Source: Camelus ferus (Eukaryota). From it: a DNA stretch of 64,000 nt. Both the position numbers and the translations under genes were made by a program. How positions within the stretch are numbered: position 1 is the first letter of the stretch; the number at the start of each line of letters is the position of its first letter. Below are positions 36,601-48,260 of the stretch, piece after piece. The notes under the pieces were generated by a model. The model was not told the DNA's origin and searched no databases. It was given only the letters and a program-made list of their open reading frames with translations. The stretch is taken from positions 65,536,001 to 65,600,000 of the forward strand of contig NC_045696.1 in assembly GCF_009834535.1 (NCBI RefSeq), read 5' to 3'.

Positions 36601-39600
36601 CAGGTTTCATGATTATAACATCCTCCAGGGCATTGTGTACGACACCGGGTCACAGGACCCCATCCCCACGCAGGCCTCGCTCACACTCCAGCCTGTGCCT
36701 TCCCGACGAAATGAGTGACTTCCAGGTGGACTGTTCACCCAGCCGGACACTAGTGCATTTAAACTTTTTATTTGGGGTTTAAAAGAGCAGTAGGAAAATG
36801 GACCATACTCTCGCTTTCTCAATGTCAAGCATACATCATTTACATGGTAATTTTATTATTTCTGGAATTCATTCAGTTAAAAAGAACATCTGTTATTTAA
36901 AATGGAATACCATGCAATGATTATAGTTATGTCTGGGGAGAAATGTAGAATGCTAAATATCTTTGATATATTTTTGAATGCACAGAAAAAAATCTGCAAG
37001 GATATATACTAAGTTTGGATTTTGTGGGGTGTTTTTTACTTGGCTTTTACTCCTTCTTTATACCTTCCTGGATGTTCCAAATCATCTATAAAACATATAT
37101 ATTACATTAATAATTAGAAAAGTAATAGTGAAGGTTTCATTTAGGATGTCAAAGTCATGATTACTTGAGTGCAATATGAAATATATGATAATTTATTGGT
37201 GTTTTGAATATACGTTATCCCCAGAAAATTATTTTCTAAATAACAAATTTTAATAAACTCTTAGGGAAGTTGAGCTTTCTAAACTGGCCTGCTTCCTTAC
37301 TGAGACGGAAATAGCAAGCTTAAGGAGCACTAGGTAACATTTTCTCGAGCATCCTGGACACTCACAAGTACTAAGAAGGGGCTGACATTTTTTTACTGCA
37401 ACACTTAGTGTCTCCAGACGCCTCCATTTCTGAGCGCTTTCATTGACATACTGTCCTCTGGTCTGCACTTCTGTGAGGCTGGGTAGCTATGACCATCGCC
37501 CCCTCTGAAGCCAGCACCACTTTCTCCTGCCCTCACTCTCTCCTCACTTCTCCTCATAGAAGAGCGAGTGGAAAGAGCATGCATTATGGTACCACACAGC
37601 TTGCATTTGAATTCAAATTCTAGCATTTACTCATGCTCATGATCTGACCATTTAATCATCTGTAAAGTGGACATGCGGATGAATAATAGTAACACAGCCA
37701 CCCAAATAGTATCCAGTAGTAACCAACAGTAGTAATACCCAGCAAACATTTTAACTTGTTGGAAAATTGAATTGGTCGGGACACATGAAAGCAGCTTTCA
37801 AATTATAAAGCAATGTGCAAAAGATTTTATTCTTTTCAATTCTAAATTTGTTCCTTTTAATAATAAGCCATGGCTTGAAAAATCAGATAAACGTATTAAA
37901 TATAATTAAGAGAAAACTAAAATCTAGCAAATAAGTTTTAAGTGTTCCCAGGGGTCTGAATGGAACTAAAGATACCAAGTTTCTTCCAGTCTAAAACATA
38001 CATATTGACACACAGTTTCAATATTTCTAAAATTGGGGGTGGGCCTTAAACTGATAGTGTCTTATAATTGGCATTTGGGACGTGGATCATCACCTGCCTA
38101 GGGGCAGGCATCAAAAGCACTACCCTCAACCCTTGCAAAATGGGTGTCTGCAGCCTGGAAGAAAGTCCCAAAGTGAAAAAAAAAAAAAAAAAAGAAACAT
38201 AAATACAAAATGGAAACAGACTCATAGACATAGAATACAAACTTGTGGTTGCCAAGGGGAAGGGGAGTGGGAAGGGACAGACTGGGATTTCAAAATGTAG
38301 AATAGATAAGCAAGATTATACTGTATAGCACAGGGAAATATATACGAGATCTTGTGGTAGCTCACAGAGAAAAAAATGTGACAATGAACATATATATGTT
38401 CATGTATAACTAAAAAATTATGCTCTACACTGGAATTTGACACAACATTGTAAAATGAATATAAATCAATAAAAAATGTTAAAAAAAAAAAAAAAGACAC
38501 GAACTTGTTTACAAAACAGACACAGATACACAGACATAGAAAACAAACTTGTGGTTACCAGGATGTGAAGTGGTTGGGAAGGGATAAATTGGGAGTTCAA
38601 GATTTGCAGATACTAACTACTATATATGAAATAGATAAACAGCAAGTCTATACTATATAGCACAGGGAACTATATTCAGTATCTTGTAGTGACCTGTAAT
38701 GAAAAAGAATATGAAAACAAATATATGTATGAATATGTGACTGAACTATTATGCTGTACACCAGAAATTGACACAACGTTGTAAACTGACTATACTTCAA
38801 TAAAGAAAAAAAAGAATGAAGAAAAAAAGAAAGTCCCAAAGTGAAAGGTGAAGCACTCTTTGAAGAAATGTTGCAACATCAACTTTCCTAGTGGCACAGG
38901 GGATGATATTGGAAGAAATGACATGGATGTGGCAGTGAGTCCAAACACATCCAAAAGAGTCAGACTCTGTATGTGGAGAAGCTTCAGGAAAATTTAACCC
39001 ATTTTTTTATGTTTTCAATTTTTAGGTATGTATGAAGACAGATATAATTACATAAACTGTCACAAATGACTTAAAAAGCTCTCTCAATAAAAAAATAAGT
39101 GCAAAGTGGCATAAAAACATGTAGTATTATTTTTATTGACAACGTTTTCTCTGTTACTAAACAATAATGGTGCATCTTACAATCAGTGGTGTCTTGGATA
39201 CAGTGAAATAGGGTAAATGTCCAGTTGTTCTTTTTTTTTTTTTTTTAATCCCGTTACCCCAAATACTTCATTCCGCAGGCTCTCTTAGGAATAAGAACAT
39301 TGTCTTATAAAATTGTGGTACTGTTATTACATCACAGAAAATGGACAATACTTCCATAATGTCATCTAATATCCAACCTATATTCAACCTCCTGCAAATT
39401 GTCCAAAAATGTCTTTTATGGTTTTTCTTAAACCAGCAGCCAGTCAAGTTTTATGCATTACATTTGACTAAAATTTTTATTATTGTTAGCCCTGTGTACC
39501 AACTACTCAGTAGAGACAAATTTACTTTGTTTTAAACCTGCCCCCCTTTATCTTTTAGGGCATAAGTGTTCATTTTGTTTCATCCTGCTTTTATCTTATG

Positions 39601-40124
39601 GAGCTTTTTTAAGGTAGGAAGTATTTAGCAACCTTACCAAGAGATTTGCCCACTGGAATCCATATTAATTGTTTTACTGAGTTTCTTAATCTTTCAGAGG
39701 TAGGAATAAATAGAAGGTTATTTCTGAACTTCACTGTTGCATTGCAGCAGGACTAAGTTGCTGTAATGAATTTATCAAATTGCTCTCTGGGGCAATACAT
39801 ATGTACACCAGAAATTCCAAATATCTGGAGAAGCATTGCCTTTTGAAAGTTCAATGTCATGTTCCCTGAGTGTTTTGGGTTTAGCTGAATATGAATAACT
39901 TCCTTATTTTGACAAAATATTCCAATCTTCTGGTTGCCAAATTAAAAATAGTTCCTTTCATATTTCCTTTAGAAGGGAGTTAGTGCTTTGAATATGATGT
40001 TCACATCTTGGAAAGAATAGCATTTCTTGATGAATGAAAATATGTCTTTTCAACAAAGGACTTGCTGTTCCATTCTTTTATAAAACGGTTTAGTGCTGGT
40101 GTGGAAAAAAATGTACAGACTTGA
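33571..40124 (+). CDS. Possible spliced 122-aa ORF (6 exons: 33571-33644, 35175-35211, 35579-35687, 36551-36599, 37265-37333, 40094-40124)
   Basis: 369 nt, open across all five junctions; one GC donor (36600); translation unproven. Confidence 0.3.
33760..34190 (+). mobile_element. ERVL LTR33/LTR16-like fragment
   Basis: ggcatgtggtcc...gattaaatcagggcaggcacataactcagcctgagccagtgag...aataaaattcc. Confidence 0.5.
34200..34492 (-). mobile_element. 5'-truncated cetartiodactyl L1 3' end
   Basis: tatagttgatttacaatgttgtgttagtttctggtgtacagcaaagtgattcag...ggtaaccataagtttg; approximate TSD ttagRctagat. Confidence 0.85.
35175..35211 (+). pseudogene. Exon AAQKNPCSHYTE (2-0)
   Basis: tgtttttcctataccag| acceptor, GAG|gtattg donor, open. 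Confidence 0.65.
35579..35687 (+). pseudogene. Exon VTQNTSKVETESELDVCNQEQSPGTASAGDSVTTDE (0-1)
   Basis: ctttgcacgttag| acceptor, AGG|gtgtgt donor, open. Confidence 0.65.
36551..36599 (+). pseudogene. Exon DKQSIRGRGQTLLKE (1-2)
   Basis: ccctgctttaaacag| acceptor, GAG|gcaggt GC donor, open and in phase on both sides. Confidence 0.6.
37265..37333 (+). pseudogene. Exon EVELSKLACFLTETEIASLRST (2-2)
   Basis: aactcttag| acceptor, TAG|gtaaca donor, open. Confidence 0.65.
38050..39215. mobile_element. Tigger6-like Tc1/mariner DNA transposon split by an L1 insertion
   Basis: gaagaaatgttgcaacatc...gtggcacaggggatgatattg and terminal aataatggtgcatcttacaatcagtggtgtcttggatacagtgaaataggg. Confidence 0.6.
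38179..38826 (+). mobile_element. Two tandem L1 3'-UTR fragments (about 38193-38494 and 38495-38826) within one TSD
   Basis: 20-bp TSD AAGAAAGTCCCAAAGTGAAA at 38159-38178 and 38827-38846; each fragment ends in poly-A. Confidence 0.9.
39250..39470 (-). mobile_element. L1MC4/5-type 3' UTR fragment
   Basis: ccccaaatacttca...aataagaacattgtctt...tcatctaatatccaacctatattcaa. Confidence 0.6.
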
Positions 40125-40189
40125 AGAAAGTGTATGGACTAAAGAACAAAACAAATTGGATGTTCAAGATAGCAGGATGGGAACACTGC
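40094..40189 (+). pseudogene. Exon AGVEKNVQT(frameshift)EESVWTKEQNKLDVQDSRMGTL (2-1), donor mutated
   Basis: cggtttag| acceptor; 1-nt frameshift giving TGA at 40122-40124; donor reads C|ATATTT, possibly from C|GTATTT by CpG decay. Confidence 0.5.
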
Positions 40190-40909
40190 ATATTTCTTAT
40201 TATGCTTTTCATTTATGTTGAAGCAAAAAAAAGGGATTTGGGGGAAAAACTGGTTACTAAAAGTCACATAATACCCAATATAGTGTACAATGGAGGTTAT
40301 CAAAGTTACCAAGTTATTTCTTTTTGATTAAAGAGTTTTCTATCAAGTATGCCAGAATATTTAATTGAAACTGGCAACCCTACTGCTGAAAGTGTGTTGT
40401 ATAGTCCTGTTTTAAGTTGTTCAGAATGGATATTTTGTCCACTTCTAGCTCTTAGTAGGGTTTTCCATAAGTAAAACATCTAGACAGTGGAATTCTGTAC
40501 AGGTAGAGTTTTTCTGCTTATAAAAATTTCTTATTTGTTATTCAGTTGTTAGTAAATAATAAGCTAACCGAGAAGTGTGCAATGTCTAATGTGTGTCTAG
40601 TCACTGGTTTAGCATAATGCCTCTATTCAGTTATTATATAGATTTACTATGTTAACCAGTTTCACAATGGATTAGTCTTAATTTCCAGTCAACTGATAAC
40701 GTTAGTGAATAAGTGGACAGACTCTATCAACAAACATTCCCTCTTCTTCTGTTTCTACTATACTCCCAAAGTAATCATTTTTAAAAATGAAGCTATATAA
40801 TATTGGAATGGAAGTTTCCTTGATTATACTTCTATGCGCCATCATTACTGCCTCGGCACTAGGGCCTCAGTGGGCAAGTAAAGTCCCAAGGCCATTTCTA
40901 TTTTTTGAG

Positions 40910-40959
40910 GTTCCCAGTTGCAGAATAAAGAAATGCCAAAATATGGCTACAAAACTGAT
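40910..40959 (+). pseudogene. Exon SQLQNKEMPKYGYKTD (1-0)
   Basis: tttctattttttgag| acceptor, GAT|gtatgt donor, open. Confidence 0.6.
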
Positions 40960-41499
40960 GTATGTTAAAAGTTCACATTTAACATTTTCATTATGTTTAT
41001 GCTCTAGAGAATTCAGTCACTGTGTCTGTGACATTGTAGAGGTAATCTCAAAATTGTATTTTTGAGGCTCAACATTATGAGAGACCCTGGACTCTCCAGT
41101 CACTCTGCAACTTATGGTCTCATGTTAGGTCCCGCTGATCACGCATTCACTTTGTTAATTACATAGAGTTTTGATTCTCCTATCATCCCCAACTCCTATA
41201 AACTATTTTCAACTGGTTACTGTAGCTTTTTTTTTTTGTCATATTTGTATGTAAACATGTGTCATAGTACAGTACCAAATATTGATACCCACAGCAATAA
41301 AAAAAGATTGAAAAAAATTGATCAATATCTTGTTCCACATAACTTTCGTGAGGACAAATCCTTTTATATTTTTAGTATACCATTTCAGTTTCATGGAGGC
41401 TGTCCAAATTCACAGGAAAATATGTTTGCAAATCCCCAGAAATATTGTCATTTCTTTTTTTTTAATTACAGAGGCGATTTCTCTTACTTCCCAAGGTAT

Positions 41500-42170
41500 A
41501 GGTCATCATTCAATTTCCTCCTTTCACCCCGTCGCTGTTCATCAATAAATAACTGTATCTCCACTCGCTCTTATCATTTCTCTCCAGCCTCACAAGAAAG
41601 TTGATCTTATATATCCAGTCTAAACATAATCCTTCAAACTGTGCCCTAAATCGTATTTTTCTTCCTTAAAAATCTCACAATATCTTCTTTCTTTTCTGTT
41701 TCCTCAACAGCTGTCTCCACTGCTTCCCTTCTCTTCACACACACATACATATACATCTCTCTCCCATTATTAAAATTTAAATGTTTGGTTTAATTTCCAC
41801 GGTCTTCTAGGCATCCTCTCATCTTCCTGATTGCCTCTGTAACCAGCTTCTTTAAAAGTAGTCTACATTTCCTCCTTTCCATTCTGCCCCCCCCCCCACG
41901 GCTATGTTATTTCTTTCCCTATCTCTCCAGGAAAATTCTTCTCACAAGAGTGATCAGTTACTCCTTTTTTCCTAATACAATGAACACATTTCAGCCCTGA
42001 TCTTACTTTATTTCTCTGAAATATATGGAAGACTGAACCAAACTTTTCTTGAAATTGTCTCCCGGAAGACTTCCATGACACAATTCACTCCTATTTTTCC
42101 ATCTACATCTGCAGCCACCTCTTAACCTCCTGCACAAATTCATTTTCTTTCAGCTACCCTTTAAAAGAGG
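41500..42170 (+). mobile_element. L2 fragment
   Basis: Pyrimidine-rich L2 motifs such as cttctcacaagagtgatcag...cagccctgatcttac...gacttccatgacacaattcactcc. Confidence 0.55.
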
Positions 42171-43336
42171 CACCTAAAGAGACGTGACAATTAAATGTAA
42201 TGCGGGACCCCTGGATGAGATCTCGGGACAGAAATAGGACATTAGGTAAATACTAAAGAAGCATGAATATATTACACATGTATCATTTGATCTCTACAGT
42301 CATGTAAGTATTTTTATTTTTTTACTTTACAGAGTTGTAGTAGGCTAAGAGATACTATATTAATTTGGAAGATCATATACATACTAACTAGTAGATCCTA
42401 AAATTGATCCCACATCTTTAGATACAGAGTCCAGTATTCTTTCCGATACTTAATTCTACAGTGTGTTCTTAAAGACATAATATTAAAAAGAGTGTAATAC
42501 ACTTTTTCTTCAACAAAGTTATTCAGAGTAAGTATATCAGGTTATAAATATGTAGGGTTTCAGTTGTATTTGCTTTGTTGAGATATGCTTTCATTTTAAG
42601 AAAAAAAGTACCCAAAGTTTTGATTCTCTAAGAAGTAGAAACCACTATTAAAAGATAACTATCATGAAAAGAAAGAGAGAGAGAGAGATAGAAAGAAGAG
42701 AGAGAGGGAGGAAAAGGAAAGGGAAGGAAAAGAAACATCAGATATTTCATTTTCAAGAAAAAAATGGTGCATTAGATGTGTAAAACCATCCATCTTTTAA
42801 ATCTCCAACTCTTATTAGCAAACCCTTTATAAAATTTTTTTCATATAAATATGTGTGATTTTCTGGAGAAAAGCGTGTAAGGTTTTCATCATAAGTGTTG
42901 TAGTATCATCAGGGAAGTCTGTCTCCTAAAATAAGAAACTGTAAGAGACAGAAAATAATGAAGCAAAATGTTCTAAGAGTAAAGAAGAAGCAACTGAATA
43001 AAGCAGAGGGAATCTTGGAGGGGCTTAAGAAACTCAAGGAATTTGTGACGGGTTGACTTTCAACAGGAAAGGAAAAAGAGGAGAGGCTTTGTACACTAAG
43101 AGAAAAGTAGGAGCAACAACACGGAAGGAAAATGTACATTTGAGAAAACGCGGAAGTTGCAACGTAACTAGAACTTAGACTGGGTTTCGGGGTTCAGGTG
43201 GGTTGGAGCGCTTCATGAAGGGAAGTAAGTTTATTTTCTTGTTTTGAAAGCAGTTTATGTTAGCTTTGGTGAGAATAGTAACACCAGAGTCTCTGACCTA
43301 CAAAAGATTGTGTGTTTTCCCTTCTTTCTTTCACAG

Positions 43337-43408
43337 AGGAGAAACGTGAGCCCTAAACCTAGCCTCCAGCCCTGCTCTTTCTCCCTAGATCTTATATATA
43401 AAGGACAG
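43337..43408 (+). pseudogene. Exon RRNVSPKPSLQPCSFSLDLIYKGQ (phase 0 start; 3' end uncertain)
   Basis: Very strong acceptor ttttcccttctttctttcacag|; only the phase-0 frame is open; possible donors after 43408, 43440 or 43498. Confidence 0.5.
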
Positions 43409-43780
43409 GTCTACGTTGGATTCCGTTACGGAAAGCCTCTGTAACTGCTTGTTACGTTGACTGTGCGTGCTTCCTGCCTCACGCTCATGAACGATGTGGT
43501 AATTTCTCCCACCAAAGAAATCAAATATTTTCCCCTAAGTATATAGACAGAGAAGACCTCAGAGCATATTTGCCTTTTGGATAGTGTGGATTCTATTATA
43601 ACTCTTTGAAACAAGCTGAGTTAACATCCCAACCTAGTCCATGCTTATTTCTTTTTGAGTGCTTTTTTCTCATTCATCCACCTAAAACATTTCCAAGTCA
43701 TACAATTCAAGAAAACTGGGTTACTTGAAGTCACGTGTGTCGAGAGTAAATTTATGTCATCTTTTTCATTACTATCTCAG

Positions 43781-43817
43781 TCCAGCACTGAAATCTTTAA
43801 GGAAAGAATTGTCTGTG
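43781..43817 (+). pseudogene. Exon SSTEIFKERIVC (or PALKSLRKELSV)
   Basis: ctttttcattactatctcag| acceptor, GTG|gtatgg donor. Confidence 0.5.
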
Positions 43818-44339
43818 GTATGGAAATTACTTTAGAAACTTAAGGTTCATTGGTTAGATGAGCTCTAAAGTGCTTTTCTAAATATGCTATTATTTTATGT
43901 TCTCAAATTCTTTTTCTCTAGAGGAAAGTAAGTTTTTATATACTTTGGTGATTTTTAAATTGCTTTAATATGTTTGAAATTGTCCTAGATTATTATGGTG
44001 TCATGGCACCTTACATAGCGATTAATTAAATGCTAAAATCAGCCCAGAAGGTGAAAATGCCGTATTCCAAATTACCCTATATGTGTGTATATGTATGTGT
44101 AAATATTCATATGTAAAATATACTATGGTAATTTAAAATAGAGCTTATCAAAGATGCAGAGACAGGCAAATCCATGAGTTACAGAATGAAAAACATATGG
44201 AGTTGAAAATTAGTAATCTAAAATGCCATTTGATGAAACCTCGTTATATATTTAATTACAGGACCCTGCAGTGATGGTAGTGTATTAGTAAGGGGAAGTG
44301 TGCTAAGAAATTACTCTCTTGGTATTAAAAATTACTGTG

Positions 44340-44800
44340 ATTATGTTGGTTAGTTATCAGTTTGCTCACCCTTCTGTATTCATTTCATACTCTGAGATAC
44401 TGGGGCTCAGACTGCACCAACTCTATTTACCAGATTCCCATGCTGGTTGGCTGACTGTGATCTCCACCAGGAGGCAGCACTCCGAGAGCAATCCTGGAAG
44501 GTATGAGAAGGGGACAAAGAATTTCCTTTCAGCCTAGGTCCCTACCCCTGTAGCTCCTATAGCAATGATACTTGGCCAAGCCTGCAGCTTTTTTTTTTTT
44601 TTTTTGGTTCCCCAGACCAGCCACACTGTGTCCCTTATCATCACTTTTTCCTCTTTATCCCGGCTTCTTCCTGTACCTATTATCCTAGGTCACCAGTGTT
44701 TCCTCTTTGCTCTTTTAGCTCAACTACTGTGTAATGACATCCCAAATCAAATCTAGTTCATTTTCAATGACTAATGGGGTTTCATTTTCCCATTAAGGTT
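44340..44800 (+). mobile_element. Old ERVL LTR (LTR16/LTR33-like)
   Basis: tgttggttagttatcagtttg...ctatttaccagattcccatgctggttggctg; boundaries approximate. Confidence 0.45.
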
Positions 44801-45433
44801 CCAGTTGATGCTCTTAATTTTCAGTTGAATGCCAGTCTGTAAATGCTTGACCATCTCCTACAATGACCATAGATGGGTATGATGAGAAGCCAGGGGTGAG
44901 GGTTGGGGGTAGGAAAAGCTGGCGACAGTGTCCTGCCCTTTGGAGCCAGAAAATAGTATAGTAACAAACATGTGCCAAATCCATTGAGCAAAAGATATAT
45001 TCTCTGAAGTTACTCAGAGCAAACCAAAATTCTCTACACATCAATCACTCAGGAAAGAGAAGTAAAAGGAGAGCAATTTTGTAAGAGAGCTTTCTAGTAG
45101 AAAGTGGGCCAAAAAGTGGGGGTAGGGGTTGAGGGACAATTTTTCTTCACTTCAAGAGTTTCAACATTATTTCATGCTTTTCAGCTTCAAAGTGGCTTTG
45201 TTCATAAAAGCTTTATGAGTAATTTAGGTATTTTCTGCAAAGAGGTACAGAATATACAATGAGTTTCTGAGTTCAGGGTTTTTCTCCATTAACAACTAAT
45301 GTCTGATTCCTCTGGAAAGGCACCCGGGACATGTTGTCTTTCAATTATCACATTCTCATTCAGGGAAGAATTAAATGAAAACTGAATACCATCATTTTAA
45401 CGTAACCTTGGGGATAAAGGTAATGGTATTTTA

Positions 45434-46890
45434 TTTTATTTTTTTATGTTCTTTTTTTTTATTATTCAAGTATAGTCAGTTTGCAATGTGCCAATTTCTG
45501 GCATACAGCATACTGTTTCAGTCATACATACACATACATATATTTGTTTTCCTATTATTTTTCATCTCCAGGTCCATCCATGTTGCTGCAGATGACATTA
45601 TTTTATTCTTTCTTATGGCTGAGTAGTATTACATTGTATAAATATACCACCTTTTCTTTATCCAGTCATCTGTTGATGGACATTTAGGTTGCTTTGATGT
45701 CTTGGCTATCGTAAATAGTGCTGCTATGAACATTGGGGTGTATGTATCTTTTGGAAATAGAGTTCCCTCCAGATATATGCCCAAGAGTGGGACTGCTGGG
45801 TCATATAGTAAGTCTATTTTTAGTTTTTGAGGAATCTCCATACTGTTTTCCATAATGGTTGCACCAAACTACATTCTCACCAGCAGTGTAGGAGGGTTCC
45901 CTTTTATCCACACCCTCTCCAGCATTTATCATTTGTGGACTTTTGAATGATGGCCATTCTGACTGGTGTCAGGTGATACTTCATGTGGTTTTGATTTGCA
46001 TTTCTCTGATAATTAGCAATACTGAGCATTTTCCCATGTGCCTGTTGGCCATTTGTATGTCTTCATTGGAGAACTGCTTGTTTAGGTCTTCTGCCCATTT
46101 TTGGATTGGATTGTTTGTGTTTTTGTTAATAAGTTGTATGAGTTGTTTATATATTCTGGAAATTAAGCCCTTGTCAGTCACATCATTTGCAAATATTTTC
46201 TCCCGTTCCGTAGGTTGTTGTTTTGTTTTGCTTATGGTTTCCTTTGCTGTGCAAAAGCTTGTAAGTTTAATTAAGGTCCCATTTGTTTCCTTTTGCTTTT
46301 ACTTCTATTGCTTGGGTAGACTGCCCTAGGAGAATATTGCTAAGATTTATATCAGATAATGTTTTACCCATGTTTTCTTCTAGGAGGTTTATAGTGTCTT
46401 GTCTTATATTCATGTCTTTAAGCCATTTTGAGTTTATTTTTGTGTATGGTGTGAGGGGGTGCTCTAACTCCATTGATTTACATGCAGCTCACATCTTGAG
46501 CTAGAGATCACAGGGACCCTTGGTTCTGGTTTCTCTCAGTTCTGTCTGCCAAGTGACTGCTGCTTCCCCCTCTGAGCCTCTGAAGCTCCCATTCTGTCCC
46601 TGCTGACCTCCCCACTGGAGAAGGGGCACCCCAGAGTGAGGGCACTTTTCCTCCTTTGCTGCTCCCTCCCCGGGGGACAGATCCTGCACCGATTTCCTTT
46701 TTCTTTTTCTTTTTTCTCTCCTATCTATTTTTGTGAGGAATCTTCTTGTATTTCCATAGTAAGAGATATTCTGCCGAAGTTCAGTGGGTATTCTGTGTGA
46801 ATTGTTCAGTCTGTAGGTGTGATTTTTGGTGCATTCATGGGAAAGGATGCGCTATGCGTCCTTCTGCTCTGCCACCTTGGCAATCCCCTC
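45434..46890 (-). mobile_element. Young L1 with both ends but most of the interior missing
   Basis: 17-bp TSD AAGGTAATGGTATTTTA (45417-45433, 46891-46907); 5' UTR about 46490-46890, ORF2 C-terminus about 45570-46489 (ORF track: [13 protein letters not shown]..., YDPAVPLLGIY), shortened 3' UTR and poly-T. Confidence 0.9.
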
Positions 46891-47365
46891 AAGGTAATGG
46901 TATTTTAAATGTTAAATGTTTGAGTTCCAGAAATCAGCATGACACTTAAATGTCTATTAGAATGAAGGCAATAAATGGCACTGATAGGTCACCTGCTAAT
47001 GTATTTTTGAGCCATAATTTTATGGCTACAGCCAACTTAAGCCTTTGATATGTAAATCATGACAGAATTGTTCTAAGGATTTCAGTAAGCACAACTATAT
47101 TGAAACCCCACTGAGCGGTGCCTGTAGAAGTAACATGGAACCTAATAAAAGTAACCAAGGACCTTCAAGAGCCCTGAAATAGAGAGGCATGTGTAGCCCA
47201 CAGGTGTTAAGAGCAAGCTAGGTTCCTCCTTCACCTGTGAATATTCGGACAGAACAATTAGTTCATTATATTGATGTTCCTGGAGACAGACTATTGCAGC
47301 ACGGTAGTTTTGCCCCTGCTCATTTCAGTCTTTTAAAAATATAATCATGCCATTTCATATTTTAG

Positions 47366-47487
47366 AAGAATGTATAAACTCTTTCATATCTCTTAACTAA
47401 CATGATCCACATAGAAGCGTCACTCTAACTTGACAAATGAAAGACATGAACACTCCTGAAAGTGGGGCCTTGGGCCTCATCACACAG
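47366..47487 (+). pseudogene. Exon ECINSFISLN*HDPHRSVTLT*QMKDMNTPESGALGLITQ (1-0)
   Basis: catttcatattttag| acceptor, CAG|gtactg donor, one frame with two stops. Confidence 0.5.
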
Positions 47488-47944
47488 GTACTGAGTAGGG
47501 AGCCCAGGCTGAGTCAGAATCATGAGAAAGCTGGAGAACGTGGCCCTCAGTATTCTCAAACAGAGAGGACATACTCGGGGTTTGAATTTCATTTTTTTTT
47601 CCAAAGGAAAAAAATAAAGGTTTTATTTCAGAACTGTTCCAGGGATATCAGGGGATAAATTATTTCAGCCAGACCCAAGCAAGATTTATGCTGTATTCAG
47701 AGGGAAATGAAAACAAATTATTGAGTGAAATAACATTCCTTTGGAGCCAAAGTCTTTCTTTCAAAAAGGAAAGTCCAAAGAACAAAACGTTTGGTCTAAC
47801 ACAACCTAGAACTGTCCTTGAATGACTCACGTGTGTATAACAACATAAAAGATGTTGAAGGTGCTCTGTAAGCTAAAAAGCACAGAAACTTCTAATGAAT
47901 AATTGTAGCAAAGGAGAGTTCCCAAAACCTTAGCATAGTCAGGA

Positions 47945-48115
47945 GCAGTGATTCTCTGTGATCCCTGGATCAGCAGCCCCAAATCACTGGGGAATTAGTT
48001 AGAAGAGCAAAATCCTTGGGCTCCACTGAACCATAAACTCTGGGGGTGGCACCCAGAAATCTGCCTTTTACAAGTGCCTCCAGGGAATTCTGGTGCATAC
48101 AAAAGTTTCAGAACC
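47945..48115. mobile_element. MER5A DNA transposon
   Basis: cagtgattctc...cagcagccccaaatcactggggaattagttagaag...aaactctgggggtggcacccagaaatctg...aagtttcagaacc. Confidence 0.8.
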
Positions 48116-48260
48116 TTAGAGCTCATGAAATAATTAAATTTAAGGTCAAATTTGAATTTGTAGAAGTGTCTACTGTGTAATCTAGAGTAAATGATTCAAT
48201 TTTTCATAGCCTAGATTTATTTTCTGTCAAAATGGAAAAAAAATCTCCTTGCTGTATTAG

